Below are positions 26,703 to 36,820 of a DNA stretch of 64,000 bases, piece after piece (positions within the stretch are counted from its first letter, which is position 1; every line of letters begins with the position of its first letter). This DNA is from a virus (Duplodnaviria > Caudoviricetes). A program made the position numbers and the translations under genes. The stretch spans positions 32,001 to 96,000 of IMG/VR virus record IMGVR_UViG_3300011008_000049. The stretch is one strand, 5' to 3'. The notes below the pieces were generated by a model. That model ran no database searches and had not been told where the DNA came from. It was given only the letters and a program-made list of their open reading frames with translations.

Positions 26703-27088
26703 GAAAATTTGGGATTGTTGTTTTAGTAATTCTTGCGGTTTTAATTGTTATTCTTCCAATTTATTTTGGAGCTACACCATCTGGCAGAGCCACATGGAAT
26801 AATTGGTTTCATGCTGTTCAAAAGGCAGACGATGATACAAATTATGAAACGATTAAAAAGGTTGAAGATACCTGCCGCTCAATGATTGCCTCTTATAATT
26901 CAGATAAACTTACATACGAACAGTATAAAGATAATGAAAATGAAGAAAAGCAAGAATGGGCTGAACAGGCAAAAATGAGGGCAAATAAAACCGCAAGCAC
27001 ATATAACAATTATATTTTGAAAAACAGTTATATTTGGAAAGGGAATGTACCAGCAGATATTTATATGGAACTGCCATATATTGATTGA
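26699..27088 (+). CDS. membrane-anchored protein
   Basis: N-terminal TM helix. Confidence 0.6.
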   Translation: MRKFGIVVLVILAVLIVILPIYFGATPSGRATWNNWFHAVQKADDDTNYETIKKVEDTCRSMIASYNSDKLTYEQYKDNENEEKQEWAEQAKMRANKTASTYNNYILKNSYIWKGNVPADIYMELPYID

Positions 27089-27098
27089 GGATGATTAA

Positions 27099-28079
27099 AT
27101 GAACATTATTAACACTCATACCGGCAAAATCTATGTCGATACAGATAGACAATTAGAATTTCTTACCGTTGGAGACTATGGCAAAGAGAATAATATTAAA
27201 GCTGATTTTCTTGGTTTGACCAAAGAAATCAATGGAGTTGCGAATACAGATGTTGACCTTACGGACAAATGGGTTGCAACAATCAGCACGCAAAAGGGTT
27301 GCCCTATGCACTGTAAATTCTGCGACTGTCCAAAATATGGATTCCACGGCAATGCAACTCTTGAAGATTTGAAATATGAAATTCAAACAATTATTGATGG
27401 AGAAGATGTAGACCACACCAATAGATTTAATGTCCATTTTGCCAGAATGGGTGAACCTACATTTAATCCGAGTGTTTTAAGATTTGCTGAATATTATCTA
27501 AAAGATATTGTTTCCGCAAAGATTAAAGCAAAAACAATTCATCCCGTTATTTCTACTATGCTACCGAAAGGTCACGCGCTTCTTGAACATTTCATTATGA
27601 AGTGGTGTGATATTAAAAACAATGTTTATGCCGGAGAAGCAGGATTGCAATTCAGTATCAACAGTACAGATGATGAACAGCGGAATGACCAATTCGGGGG
27701 CATGAGTTTAAGCCTCGATGAAATTTCCGAGTTGGCTAAAAAGTTGCCTATGCCGGTAGGTAGAAAATATACATTAAATTTTGCCGTTACTGCTAAAACA
27801 ATTCTTGATGCGAAACGTCTTTCTGAATTGTTTGACAAGGATAAGTTTATTGTAAAGATTACGCCTATTCACGAAACGAATGCAGCCGTAACAAATGGAT
27901 TTGATGTTACTACTACATATACGGATTATGATGTTTACAGAAAGTTCGAGAAGCCTCTTGTTGCTGAAGGATGGGATGTAATTGTCTTTGTTCCGAGCAA
28001 AGAGGAAGATAGCGACAGAATTACTTGTGGCAATGCTTTGATTGCAACAGAAATAGGAGTAACCAGAGAAGGAATGTAG
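27099..28079 (+). CDS. radical SAM protein, RlmN/Cfr-like
   Basis: ISTQKGCPMHCKFC, MGEP, C-terminal CG. Confidence 0.8.
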   Translation: MNIINTHTGKIYVDTDRQLEFLTVGDYGKENNIKADFLGLTKEINGVANTDVDLTDKWVATISTQKGCPMHCKFCDCPKYGFHGNATLEDLKYEIQTIIDGEDVDHTNRFNVHFARMGEPTFNPSVLRFAEYYLKDIVSAKIKAKTIHPVISTMLPKGHALLEHFIMKWCDIKNNVYAGEAGLQFSINSTDDEQRNDQFGGMSLSLDEISELAKKLPMPVGRKYTLNFAVTAKTILDAKRLSELFDKDKFIVKITPIHETNAAVTNGFDVTTTYTDYDVYRKFEKPLVAEGWDVIVFVPSKEEDSDRITCGNALIATEIGVTREGM

Positions 28080-28085
28080 AAGATT

Positions 28086-28784
28086 ATGATTAACAATACC
28101 CCCCTGCCGAATCTGATAAATGGAGAGTGTTTGGTAGAGTTAAAGAATATAAAAGACAATAGCATAGATTTAATTGTAACAGACCCACCTTATAAAATTA
28201 CCGCTCGTGGTCACGCCGGTAATTCAGGTGGAATGTTACAAAAGAAAATCAGTATGTCCGGACAGGTTTTCAAGTTTAACAACATTGATTGTTCAGAGTA
28301 TGCACCAGAGTTTTACCGCATACTAAAAGATGGTAGCCATTGTTATGTGATGACTAACCACGTCAATCTAATACATATGCTTAATACTTTTACTGGCGCT
28401 GGATTTCACTTTATTAAATCTCTGATTTGGGACAAAGGAAACAAAATAATGGGGCAGTTCTATATGTCTCAATATGAATATATACTGTTCTTTCGCAAAG
28501 GCAGAGGTATTAAAATTAACCATTGCGGAACAAGCGATATTCTATCTGTTCCAAATAACAAGTTGAAAGATGATAGTGGCAAGAATCTACATGATACTGA
28601 AAAACCAGTTAGACTGATGGAGATTTTGATAGATAATTCATCACAAATTGGTGGAACTGTATTAGACCCATTTATGGGAATCGGTAGTACCGGAATTGCC
28701 TGTAAAAATCTTGATAGAAAATTTGTCGGAATTGAACTTGATAAAGATTATTACGATATTGCGAAACAAAGAATTATGAATTAG
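28086..28784 (+). CDS. N4/N6 DNA methyltransferase (beta class)
   Basis: DPPY, H.TEKP, DPFMGIGST. Confidence 0.92.
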   Translation: MINNTPLPNLINGECLVELKNIKDNSIDLIVTDPPYKITARGHAGNSGGMLQKKISMSGQVFKFNNIDCSEYAPEFYRILKDGSHCYVMTNHVNLIHMLNTFTGAGFHFIKSLIWDKGNKIMGQFYMSQYEYILFFRKGRGIKINHCGTSDILSVPNNKLKDDSGKNLHDTEKPVRLMEILIDNSSQIGGTVLDPFMGIGSTGIACKNLDRKFVGIELDKDYYDIAKQRIMN

Positions 28785-29208
28785 GTTTATAAGAGTCAAT
28801 CCAACCTTTGAATTGCAAAAGAAGTTTAGATTCCAAATCGGAAGTTTCAAAGGCATTGCGTTTGAGTAGCATTTTATATCTGTCAAACCTTTGCCTTGAA
28901 ATGTCAATAGGCAACTCTGTAATAATAGATAACTCATTTTCTGTTTTAATATCAAGTTTCTTTATTACAATCATCGGACAGAGGATTCTCACGGTGAGAT
29001 GTTTTGCGAGATTAGCGTTATAGCCAAATATTTCTAATATTTTATATGATATGGTTAAGGCATCGTTAAAAGTGTTGCCGGTTTTATTGTAGTTAATATT
29101 ATAGAGTTTTGCTATCTTTGAAATATCGACAGGTAATGATTTAATTTGAGAATCTATCAATAAATCCCATGCAAGATTTCTAATGTGTTGATATTCTTGT
29201 TTTTCCAT
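28774..29208 (-). CDS. degenerate ImmA/IrrE-like protein
   Basis: LPVDISKIAK N-term, no HEXXH. Confidence 0.5.
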   Translation of the reverse strand: MEKQEYQHIRNLAWDLLIDSQIKSLPVDISKIAKLYNINYNKTGNTFNDALTISYKILEIFGYNANLAKHLTVRILCPMIVIKKLDIKTENELSIITELPIDISRQRFDRYKMLLKRNAFETSDLESKLLLQFKGWIDSYKPNS

Positions 29209-29254
29209 AAAAAAATCACCTCATAAGGAGTGTTCCCTATGAGATGATAAGTAT

Positions 29255-29878
29255 TTATTGATTGATTATCTTTGAGTTGTAAATATGTACCATATCATTT
29301 TCCCAAGCTGTTTTCCGGTGATTGTTTTTCCATTTGAGATATTGCTTATAACGGTACAAAGATGCTTCTCCGGACAAACCAAACACATTCTGAATATCAA
29401 TTGCAGATTGTATATTTAGTAAACAGAACAAAGGGAAAGGTGCTAATAATGTCGCGGCAAAATAATCCGCTTCTGATTCAAATTCTTGGTTATTGGTTTG
29501 TGGCAGTAAACTATTTTCGGATAACTTCTCATAAGCAGAAATACTATGGTGTTTACAAAGAATATGACCAATCTCATGGCTGCAAGTCCATCTCTGCCTA
29601 CCAATGTTATTATTGTCGCGTGTAGACTGATTGCACAGAATTAAATATCTGTCCTGCAAAATATCATAATGAGTACATCCAGATTTGCTCTCACAAAGTT
29701 GAATTACATCATCAATTGAACAGCCATTAACTCTTGCAAAAGTCTGATACGACATATATCTACAATTTGGAATATATTTTATAACCTTCTTCACATCGAG
29801 CGGAAATTTAATTTCCGGCAAAGAAGAATAAATTTGTAAAACCAAATTGTTTATAAAAGTGTATCTAATCATATTCAA
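29255..29878 (-). CDS. ImmA/IrrE family metallopeptidase
   Basis: RWTCSHEIGH, E.EADYFA. Confidence 0.9.
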   Translation of the reverse strand: MNMIRYTFINNLVLQIYSSLPEIKFPLDVKKVIKYIPNCRYMSYQTFARVNGCSIDDVIQLCESKSGCTHYDILQDRYLILCNQSTRDNNNIGRQRWTCSHEIGHILCKHHSISAYEKLSENSLLPQTNNQEFESEADYFAATLLAPFPLFCLLNIQSAIDIQNVFGLSGEASLYRYKQYLKWKNNHRKTAWENDMVHIYNSKIINQ

Positions 29879-30234
29879 CTATTATTGTCCTCCTGGTCAG
29901 AGAAAGCATAATCAAATCCCACTTTCAGCATTTGCATCATGCGTTCTCTATCTTTTGCAGTCATCTTTTGCCTTGCTCTTTGGAAAGAGATTATATCCTC
30001 ATCTCCAAGAACTTCTGATATAGAACCTTTAATATCTGTTCTTCCGAGAAGATAATCAACTGAAACATCAAAATAGCTTGCAACTTTGATTATCTTATCA
30101 ACAGATGGAGAAGATATACGCTCCCATTTCTTTATAGAAGAATTCCCAAAATCAAGGTCGCTTTCTAATTTAGTGATAGTAATTCCCTTTTCCGAGCATA
30201 AATCCTTAATGCGTTGATACAAAATACTTTCCAT
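29875..30234 (-). CDS. XRE-family HTH repressor
   Basis: HTH, VSVDYLLGRTD. Confidence 0.9.
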   Translation of the reverse strand: MESILYQRIKDLCSEKGITITKLESDLDFGNSSIKKWERISSPSVDKIIKVASYFDVSVDYLLGRTDIKGSISEVLGDEDIISFQRARQKMTAKDRERMMQMLKVGFDYAFSDQEDNNS

Positions 30235-30275
30235 AATGTCCTCCAGAAATCAGGTCGTATTTTCTCAAAAACCTA

Positions 30276-30368
30276 TTGACACGGGTAAAATTATCTGATA
30301 TAATACAACCAATGAGAAAATAAGACCGTTGATGAATACATTATAGCGAATATTTTCTCAAATGTCAA
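30276..30368. promoter_or_regulatory. face-to-face promoter pair with repeated TATTTTCTCA operator-like sites
   Basis: + TTGACA 30276/TATAAT 30299; - TTGACA 30368/TATAAT 30345; both 17-nt spacers. Confidence 0.8.
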
Positions 30369-30390
30369 TAGGCGAAAGGAAAATAATAAA

Positions 30391-30630
30391 ATGTTTTATG
30401 CAACGTTTAAGGGAATTGGAAAAAGTGATATTGCTGTTTTTCATACAGAGCAAGAAAGAAATGATTGGGTGAACTTCAAAGACGAATATAGTATTGCTCT
30501 TGGAGCAAATACAGAGAATTCAACCTTTGAAAGAATCCCTATATCTGCCGGGACAGCAAAGAAAAGAATTAAAACTATGTTACATAAAAAAGACGAGTTT
30601 AATCATAATCAGGAGTGGTATATATGTTAA
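30391..30630 (+). CDS. hypothetical protein
   Basis: RBS AAGGA. Confidence 0.5.
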   Translation: MFYATFKGIGKSDIAVFHTEQERNDWVNFKDEYSIALGANTENSTFERIPISAGTAKKRIKTMLHKKDEFNHNQEWYIC

Positions 30631-31025
30631 AGGAAATTAATTCAGCAAAGACAAACAAAGGTGAAATAAATTTTAGCAAAACAATATCTAAAAGAGGTTT
30701 TGATAAGCTGTTATTCAAAGACTATTATAACAATGGCTGTTCATTACAAATCAGTTCATTAGCAAGTGATGAATGTGTGTGGCTTGGAATTGAAGATGCT
30801 CAACCAAGAATTTTAACAAGAGATGCAATTAGACTTGGATTGCTTAAAGAAAACGAAGCGCCGCACAATTGTTACGGAGAACCTTGTGGATGGGTTGAAT
30901 ATCCAGTTCCAGAAGAAGTTTCATTTACAACAAGAATGCACCTTTCGAGAAAACAGATATTAAAGTTGGCACTTAAATTATTGGAATTTGCATTTTGCGG
31001 CAAAATCATCAGTGAAAAGGATTGA
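30615..31025 (+). CDS. hypothetical phage protein
   Basis: CSLQISSLA...WLG...TRMHLSR. Confidence 0.6.
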   Translation: MVYMLKEINSAKTNKGEINFSKTISKRGFDKLLFKDYYNNGCSLQISSLASDECVWLGIEDAQPRILTRDAIRLGLLKENEAPHNCYGEPCGWVEYPVPEEVSFTTRMHLSRKQILKLALKLLEFAFCGKIISEKD

Positions 31026-31033
31026 GATAATAA

Positions 31034-31837
31034 ATGGCGTTAATTGGAGCAATACTCGGAGATATTATAGGTTCTCAATATGAGTTCAAAAGACCTGCCG
31101 ATTTTGATAATAAAACTGCACTTTTATTGACAGATAAATGCAAGTTTACTGACGATACGGTTATGTCCATTGCTACGCAGTATGCGATTGATAATAATGT
31201 GGGTTTTACAGATGCTTACCATTTCTTCGGCTTGAAATACTTTGATGTCGGTTATGGCGCAGAATTTATGAATTGGATAGACGAACAACGAAACGAACCT
31301 TATGGAAGTTATGGCAATGGTTCGGCAATGAGGGTTTCTTATGTTGCCGATTATTACAATGACAGAGATAAGGTTATTGCTGTTGCAAAGGAATCAGCGG
31401 AATGCACTCACAACCATCCCGAAGGAATTAAGGGAGCGGTTGTAACGGCAGATTGTATTTGGATGGCGAAGCATGGATATAGCAAAGAAGATATTCTTAA
31501 TTACGGTATTATGCAATATCCAAAATCCGATTATGCTTTCAGTTGTGAAATAAGTCTCGATGAATTAAAAGAATTCTATCATTGGGATGTTACTTGCCAG
31601 GGCAGCGTACCAGCAGTAATTAGATGTATTTATGAAGCAAATAATTACACGGAGTTTGTTCGGAATGTTTTCAGCTTAAAATGCGATACAGATACCTTGT
31701 GCGCTATTGGTGGTGGAATTGCAGAGGAATTGTTTGATAACAAGTATGATGAAATTCTTCCGTTTGCCGATTCAATATTGAAAAAGTATCTGGACGAATA
31801 CTTATATAACACATTGCTGAAAAGAAAAATAAAATAA
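31034..31837 (+). CDS. ADP-ribosylglycohydrolase (ARH/DraG family)
   Basis: GAILGDIIG, FTDDT, GNGSAMR, DTDT. Confidence 0.92.
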   Translation: MALIGAILGDIIGSQYEFKRPADFDNKTALLLTDKCKFTDDTVMSIATQYAIDNNVGFTDAYHFFGLKYFDVGYGAEFMNWIDEQRNEPYGSYGNGSAMRVSYVADYYNDRDKVIAVAKESAECTHNHPEGIKGAVVTADCIWMAKHGYSKEDILNYGIMQYPKSDYAFSCEISLDELKEFYHWDVTCQGSVPAVIRCIYEANNYTEFVRNVFSLKCDTDTLCAIGGGIAEELFDNKYDEILPFADSILKKYLDEYLYNTLLKRKIK

Positions 31838-31851
31838 TATGGAAAAACCTC

Positions 31852-31880
31852 TTGACATATTTATAAAAGTGTGATACAAT
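31852..31880 (+). promoter_or_regulatory. sigma-A promoter
   Basis: TTGACA-17-TACAAT. Confidence 0.8.
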
Positions 31881-31909
31881 ATGTGTGAGGTCAAGAAAGG
31901 AGTTCAAAA

Positions 31910-32944
31910 ATGAATATAGAAACTCTTTTGAAAACACCGGAATACGATTTCTTGCGGAATAATGAGCATCTGAACAGTAACATTATCCTTCTCGGATTTG
32001 GTGGTAGTCATGCTCACGGGACTAATAATGAAAATTCTGATGTTGATATTCGCGGAGTAGCAACCAACACGAAAAGAAATATTCTTACCGGATATGATTT
32101 TGAGCAGGTCGTTGATGTTGATACAGATACTACCGTTTATTCATTCGATAAGATTATTAAACTTCTTTGCTCTTGTAATCCAAATACTATTGAACTTCTT
32201 GGATTGAAGCCAGAACATTATTTCTATTTGACTTCCGCAGGAGTCGAGCTTCTTAATCACAAAGAAATCTTTCTCTCAAAGAAAGCAGTTCATTCTTTTG
32301 GTGGATATGCCAATGCACAGTTACGCAGACTTGAAAACAAATCGGCAAGGCTTGTGAGTCAGTCGCAGATGGAACAACATATTCTTAAAAGTATTGAACA
32401 CGCTTCTGTTGATTTCAAAAATAGGTATTTCGATATGCCGGAAGATGCGATTAGGCTTTTCATTGATGAATCACAGCAAGAGGAATATGATACAGAAATC
32501 TTTATGGACGTTTCTTTGAAACATTATCCTTTACGAGATTATAAAGGTATGCTTTCATCAATGGGTGAAATCATCAAATCGTATAGCAAAATTGGAAAGA
32601 GAAATGAAAAAGCGATTAGCCATGATAAATTAGGGAAGCACATGATGCACCTTATTCGTCTGTATCTGATGTGTTTTGATATTCTTGAAAATGGTCAAAT
32701 TATCACATACAGAGAAAAAGAACATGATTTCTTAATGAAAATCAGAAATGGTGGTTATCTGGACGAAAACAGACAACCAACAAAAGAATTCTATGACATT
32801 GTTGATGAATACGAAAGAAAACTTGACTATTTGAAATCACATACTGATTTGCCGGACGATGTAGACACAACAAAAGTTAAAGACCTTGTTGAAAAGGTAA
32901 ATGAAGCGGTAGTTTACGGAGGAATTGCGAATGACAAGAGATGA
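31910..32944 (+). CDS. Pol-beta superfamily nucleotidyltransferase (RlaP/YcgL-like)
   Basis: GGSHAHGT...SDVDIRG, NPN.IE, K.MMHLIRL. Confidence 0.82.
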   Translation: MNIETLLKTPEYDFLRNNEHLNSNIILLGFGGSHAHGTNNENSDVDIRGVATNTKRNILTGYDFEQVVDVDTDTTVYSFDKIIKLLCSCNPNTIELLGLKPEHYFYLTSAGVELLNHKEIFLSKKAVHSFGGYANAQLRRLENKSARLVSQSQMEQHILKSIEHASVDFKNRYFDMPEDAIRLFIDESQQEEYDTEIFMDVSLKHYPLRDYKGMLSSMGEIIKSYSKIGKRNEKAISHDKLGKHMMHLIRLYLMCFDILENGQIITYREKEHDFLMKIRNGGYLDENRQPTKEFYDIVDEYERKLDYLKSHTDLPDDVDTTKVKDLVEKVNEAVVYGGIANDKR

Positions 32945-33890
32945 CGTTCTGAATTCTATTCAGTTAAAGAAAAGATTTTGTAAAGATTGCAATTTGCCTA
33001 TTGCGGTATTTGATAATCCTTATTTCTATGAAAGACTTTCCACACTTGATATTCTGTATGGTTGTGTAGAAAAGTTCGATGATTTTTGCAACGAACTTTT
33101 GAATTTCAAAACGGAGCAGGATTATTTTGAAACGTATAATTCTATTAAAGATAGAATGATTACATATATTAAAGATAATTCTATTTATCAAGAATTCAAT
33201 AAGCAGTCATTCAATAAGCCTGATTTGGGATTAGGGAAAAGAAATCTCTATGTTGAGCAGAATGATGGCGGCACTTTTGTTTCTATTGATATGAAGAAGG
33301 CAAACTTCTCCGCCATGCGCAAGTATTCAAGATTGATTTTTGATTCTTGTAATACATGGGAAGAATTTGTTGGAAAGTTTACGGATAGTCAGCATATCAA
33401 GAATAGCAAATATATTCGTCAAGTGGTTCTTGGTGCTTGTAATCCAAAGCAGCAAATTAGGTTTGAAAACTTTCTAATGACTTATTTGTGTAAACATATT
33501 ATTGAAAAACTTGGAGACAGCGTTGATATTTATAGTCTCGGAGAAGATGAAATCATCATCACCATTCAAAATCCGAATGAACCGGTTAATTTCCCTGTTG
33601 GCGTTTCTCTGAATCAGCTTAAAGATATTGTGAATTCTTGTCCTGGCGAAATCGGAAATCTTGTAAGAGTTGAAATGTTCGACTTACATAAAATCAGTGA
33701 TATTGGCTGGATGAAGGTTATGTGTGGAAGTACGGATAAGATTGAATTTAAGTGTATTGATGCAGAAATCTTTCACCAGATTGTTAAACACTATTTCGAT
33801 TTGCGGATTACAGAAAATGACCTTGTGTTCTATCATAATGGTAGACTTGCAAGATTTCTGAAGGAGGTAGACAATCCGTGGAACGAATAA
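32925..33890 (+). CDS. hypothetical protein, possible palm-like acidic motifs
   Basis: SIDMKKANF, GEDEII. Confidence 0.55.
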   Translation: MRMTRDDVLNSIQLKKRFCKDCNLPIAVFDNPYFYERLSTLDILYGCVEKFDDFCNELLNFKTEQDYFETYNSIKDRMITYIKDNSIYQEFNKQSFNKPDLGLGKRNLYVEQNDGGTFVSIDMKKANFSAMRKYSRLIFDSCNTWEEFVGKFTDSQHIKNSKYIRQVVLGACNPKQQIRFENFLMTYLCKHIIEKLGDSVDIYSLGEDEIIITIQNPNEPVNFPVGVSLNQLKDIVNSCPGEIGNLVRVEMFDLHKISDIGWMKVMCGSTDKIEFKCIDAEIFHQIVKHYFDLRITENDLVFYHNGRLARFLKEVDNPWNE

Positions 33891-35251
33891 ATCTTCCTAT
33901 GCAAGTTGAATTTCTTCTTAACAGATTGCAGGAAGCTGGATTTGAAGCATATGTTGTTGGCGGTTGTGTTAGAGATAGCATTATGGGGCTTACTCCGCAC
34001 GATTGGGATATATGTACTTCTGCATTGCCGGAACAAGTCATTGAGATTTTCAAAGACCAAAATGTTGTTCCAACTGGATTAAAACATGGAACGGTAACTG
34101 TTATTCTTGAACAATCCCCTATTTGTGAGAGTAATTCTTTTGAAATAACAACCTATCGTGTTGAGGGAGATTATCAAGATAATCGCCATCCGGAATATCT
34201 CGAATTTGTTTCTGACCTTTCACTTGACCTTATGCGCAGAGACTTTACAATTAACGCAATGGCATACAATTATAAAGATGGTCTGATTGATTTATACGGT
34301 GGAGTAGACGATATTAAAGACAGAGTAATCAAATGTGTCGGCAATCCGGATGATAGATTTCAAGAAGATGCTTTAAGGATTATAAGAACAATCAGATTTG
34401 CTCTGCGGTTTGGTTTTGACATTGATTTAGATACCTATAATTCAATGCAAAAATATAAACATCTTTTGAAAAATATCTCTGCGGAACGTATTAGCTCCGA
34501 ATTAACCAAAATTTTTGAAACAACAGAATTCAATTACGATGTTAAGAAGTTTTTCTCTTTTGATGGAGATGGCAGCCGTGATATTCAAGCAGAGAGTCCT
34601 ATTGTAGAATGCCTGTTAGATTTAGTAGATACTTTTCTTAACAGAAATGTAGAACGAGAAACTGATTTTATAATGTCAGGACTTGCAGAAGCAGATAAAG
34701 ATTTATCAACTTGTTTGACTATCATATTTGATGATGACAATATAGAAGATATTCTAAAAACATTGCGGTTTTCAAATGATGTTGTTGAAGCATCCGTAAA
34801 AATTCGAGAATATGGATATAAAATTTTAACAGAGTCAAATGAATGGGCGCGGTCATACATTATTAAACAATATGCGCAAAGCCATGATAGTGTTGAGCTT
34901 CGATATTATGCAAGAAAACTCTTGAACCAAGTGTCTTGTTGCCCGATAGAAAGTATTATTTCGTTTGCCAAATCGTTATGTAAAGATAATGAATATATGG
35001 AGATTGCATTGAAGGTATTGGAATCGCAGGTTTGCGATTGCAGAAATAATAACGAAGTATATAAGATTTCGTATCTTGCTATTAACGGAAACGATTTGCT
35101 CGAATTAGGATATAAAGGAAAAGAAATCGGAATTGCTCTTAACCGATTGCTTGATATGGTTATGAAAGAAGAAGTAATGAACATAAAAGCAGATTTGATT
35201 ACCGCGCTTGAAACTATAAAAGAGGATGAAAACGATGAGGTTGTGACATAA
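33878..35251 (+). CDS. CCA-adding enzyme / poly(A) polymerase family
   Basis: VGGCVRD, DWD, RRDFTINA, EDALRIIR. Confidence 0.92.
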   Translation: MERINLPMQVEFLLNRLQEAGFEAYVVGGCVRDSIMGLTPHDWDICTSALPEQVIEIFKDQNVVPTGLKHGTVTVILEQSPICESNSFEITTYRVEGDYQDNRHPEYLEFVSDLSLDLMRRDFTINAMAYNYKDGLIDLYGGVDDIKDRVIKCVGNPDDRFQEDALRIIRTIRFALRFGFDIDLDTYNSMQKYKHLLKNISAERISSELTKIFETTEFNYDVKKFFSFDGDGSRDIQAESPIVECLLDLVDTFLNRNVERETDFIMSGLAEADKDLSTCLTIIFDDDNIEDILKTLRFSNDVVEASVKIREYGYKILTESNEWARSYIIKQYAQSHDSVELRYYARKLLNQVSCCPIESIISFAKSLCKDNEYMEIALKVLESQVCDCRNNNEVYKISYLAINGNDLLELGYKGKEIGIALNRLLDMVMKEEVMNIKADLITALETIKEDENDEVVT

Positions 35252-35578
35252 ATGGAATTTAAGTGTACGAATTGTGGAAGCACAAAAGTCTATGCGAAAC
35301 CACAAGGAAGAAGGATGGGCGTATATTGCGCTGAATGCAATTCCTGGATTGCGTGGACTACATATTCAAAAATGAAAGACATTTATAAGCAAATTGAATC
35401 AGAAGATTTGCCGGATAATGTTGCTATGAGAAATATATTTAAGCGCAGCGGAGTTACTACAATGAAATGCTCCAAGTGCGATTGTCTATTATTCAACTCA
35501 TGCCAGCCAAAGGTAAAAGGTCAGTTTGACCTTGTAAACGCCAACTATTGCCCTAATTGTGGTAGAGAGTTGATTTAA
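35252..35578 (+). CDS. zinc-finger protein
   Basis: four CxxC. Confidence 0.55.
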   Translation: MEFKCTNCGSTKVYAKPQGRRMGVYCAECNSWIAWTTYSKMKDIYKQIESEDLPDNVAMRNIFKRSGVTTMKCSKCDCLLFNSCQPKVKGQFDLVNANYCPNCGRELI

Positions 35579-35633
35579 TTTATATAGTTAAAAATAAGAC
35601 GGAATAACACCGTGACAGATTGGAGGAAGAACA

Positions 35634-36242
35634 ATGATTGAACCAAGCAATGTCAAGCAGTTTTACGATGAAAATAAAGATAAGGTTTTCTATTACCTGA
35701 CATCCACCGTTAAGAATGTTGATAATTGCGAAATCAAAGAAGTTAAACCGGATTGTTATTATAACATGATTCTTTGGTATTATCCAAAAGATAATACTGA
35801 TGTAAAGAAGATTACAAAATTCAATGCAAGTTGGCTCAATATTTTTGAAACAAAAGAAGATGCTTGTAAAGCACTTGAATATTATAAATCTCTATATTCT
35901 GGTTTCCGGCGCATACCTTATCTATCAATTTCAACGCTAATTGACCATGCAGAAACTTTGCACAAAATAGAGAAAGCCATTGATGATGGATTAAAAGAAT
36001 TTGATAACTATGACGGCATTGACTTTGTAGATGTTTCAGCAAACGGAATTCAAATCAGACTCCATCATAAACAGATTAAGAACTATACATACGGAAATCA
36101 ATATACAATTCGATATGATTTTTCAAATGCTGACGAAGCTCCAAAAGCTGTAATCGAACATTTTAAGGAAATTGACAATCCGGCTGACGTTCAGCGTATG
36201 TTGAGATTTATAGCAGATGGAGAAAAATATGGATGGGATTAG
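35634..36242 (+). CDS. hypothetical protein
   Basis: RBS GGAGG. Confidence 0.55.
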   Translation: MIEPSNVKQFYDENKDKVFYYLTSTVKNVDNCEIKEVKPDCYYNMILWYYPKDNTDVKKITKFNASWLNIFETKEDACKALEYYKSLYSGFRRIPYLSISTLIDHAETLHKIEKAIDDGLKEFDNYDGIDFVDVSANGIQIRLHHKQIKNYTYGNQYTIRYDFSNADEAPKAVIEHFKEIDNPADVQRMLRFIADGEKYGWD

Positions 36243-36507
36243 ATTTGTAGTTTGTCTATTTTATGGAGTTCTTCTTCTAATTCTTCCGATTGCTTGGATT
36301 ATTTCTCTTGCATGGATTCATTATCCGCAAGGAATTATCAAAATGATTAAAGAAAAGAAACTTAAACGCAAGAAGGGCAAATAATGGCATTTATTCAAAC
36401 AATAATTAACGAGATGATTTCCGGCAACTTTTCTTTTGCAATACTTATAGTTGGCATATTGCAATTGATAGTTATGATTATTGGTTTAATTCAGAAAGGA
36501 AAATCGA

Positions 36508-36780
36508 ATGGCAAAAATCATTAAACATACTTGCGCAAATTGTGAATACTACCATCCAACACTTATGGATATGGATGATGAAACTGATTATCACATTCAC
36601 GACTATTGCTCAATATGGGGTAAGCAAATTCCAGACTATATTCTTTTTGATAGAAATGGTTATGTGGAAGGCTATGGTGATATAGAATGCGGAGTTGCTT
36701 GTTGTTGGTGTTTTGAAGCAAGAAAAGATGGCAATTATAAGACACATTTCGCAGATATGAAAGACAATAAGAAAGAATAA
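36508..36780 (+). CDS. Cys-rich hypothetical protein
   Basis: RBS AAGGA. Confidence 0.5.
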   Translation: MAKIIKHTCANCEYYHPTLMDMDDETDYHIHDYCSIWGKQIPDYILFDRNGYVEGYGDIECGVACCWCFEARKDGNYKTHFADMKDNKKE

Positions 36781-36820
36781 AATAGAATTTTTATTACATA
36801 GGTAAAGAAAGGATAACTAA

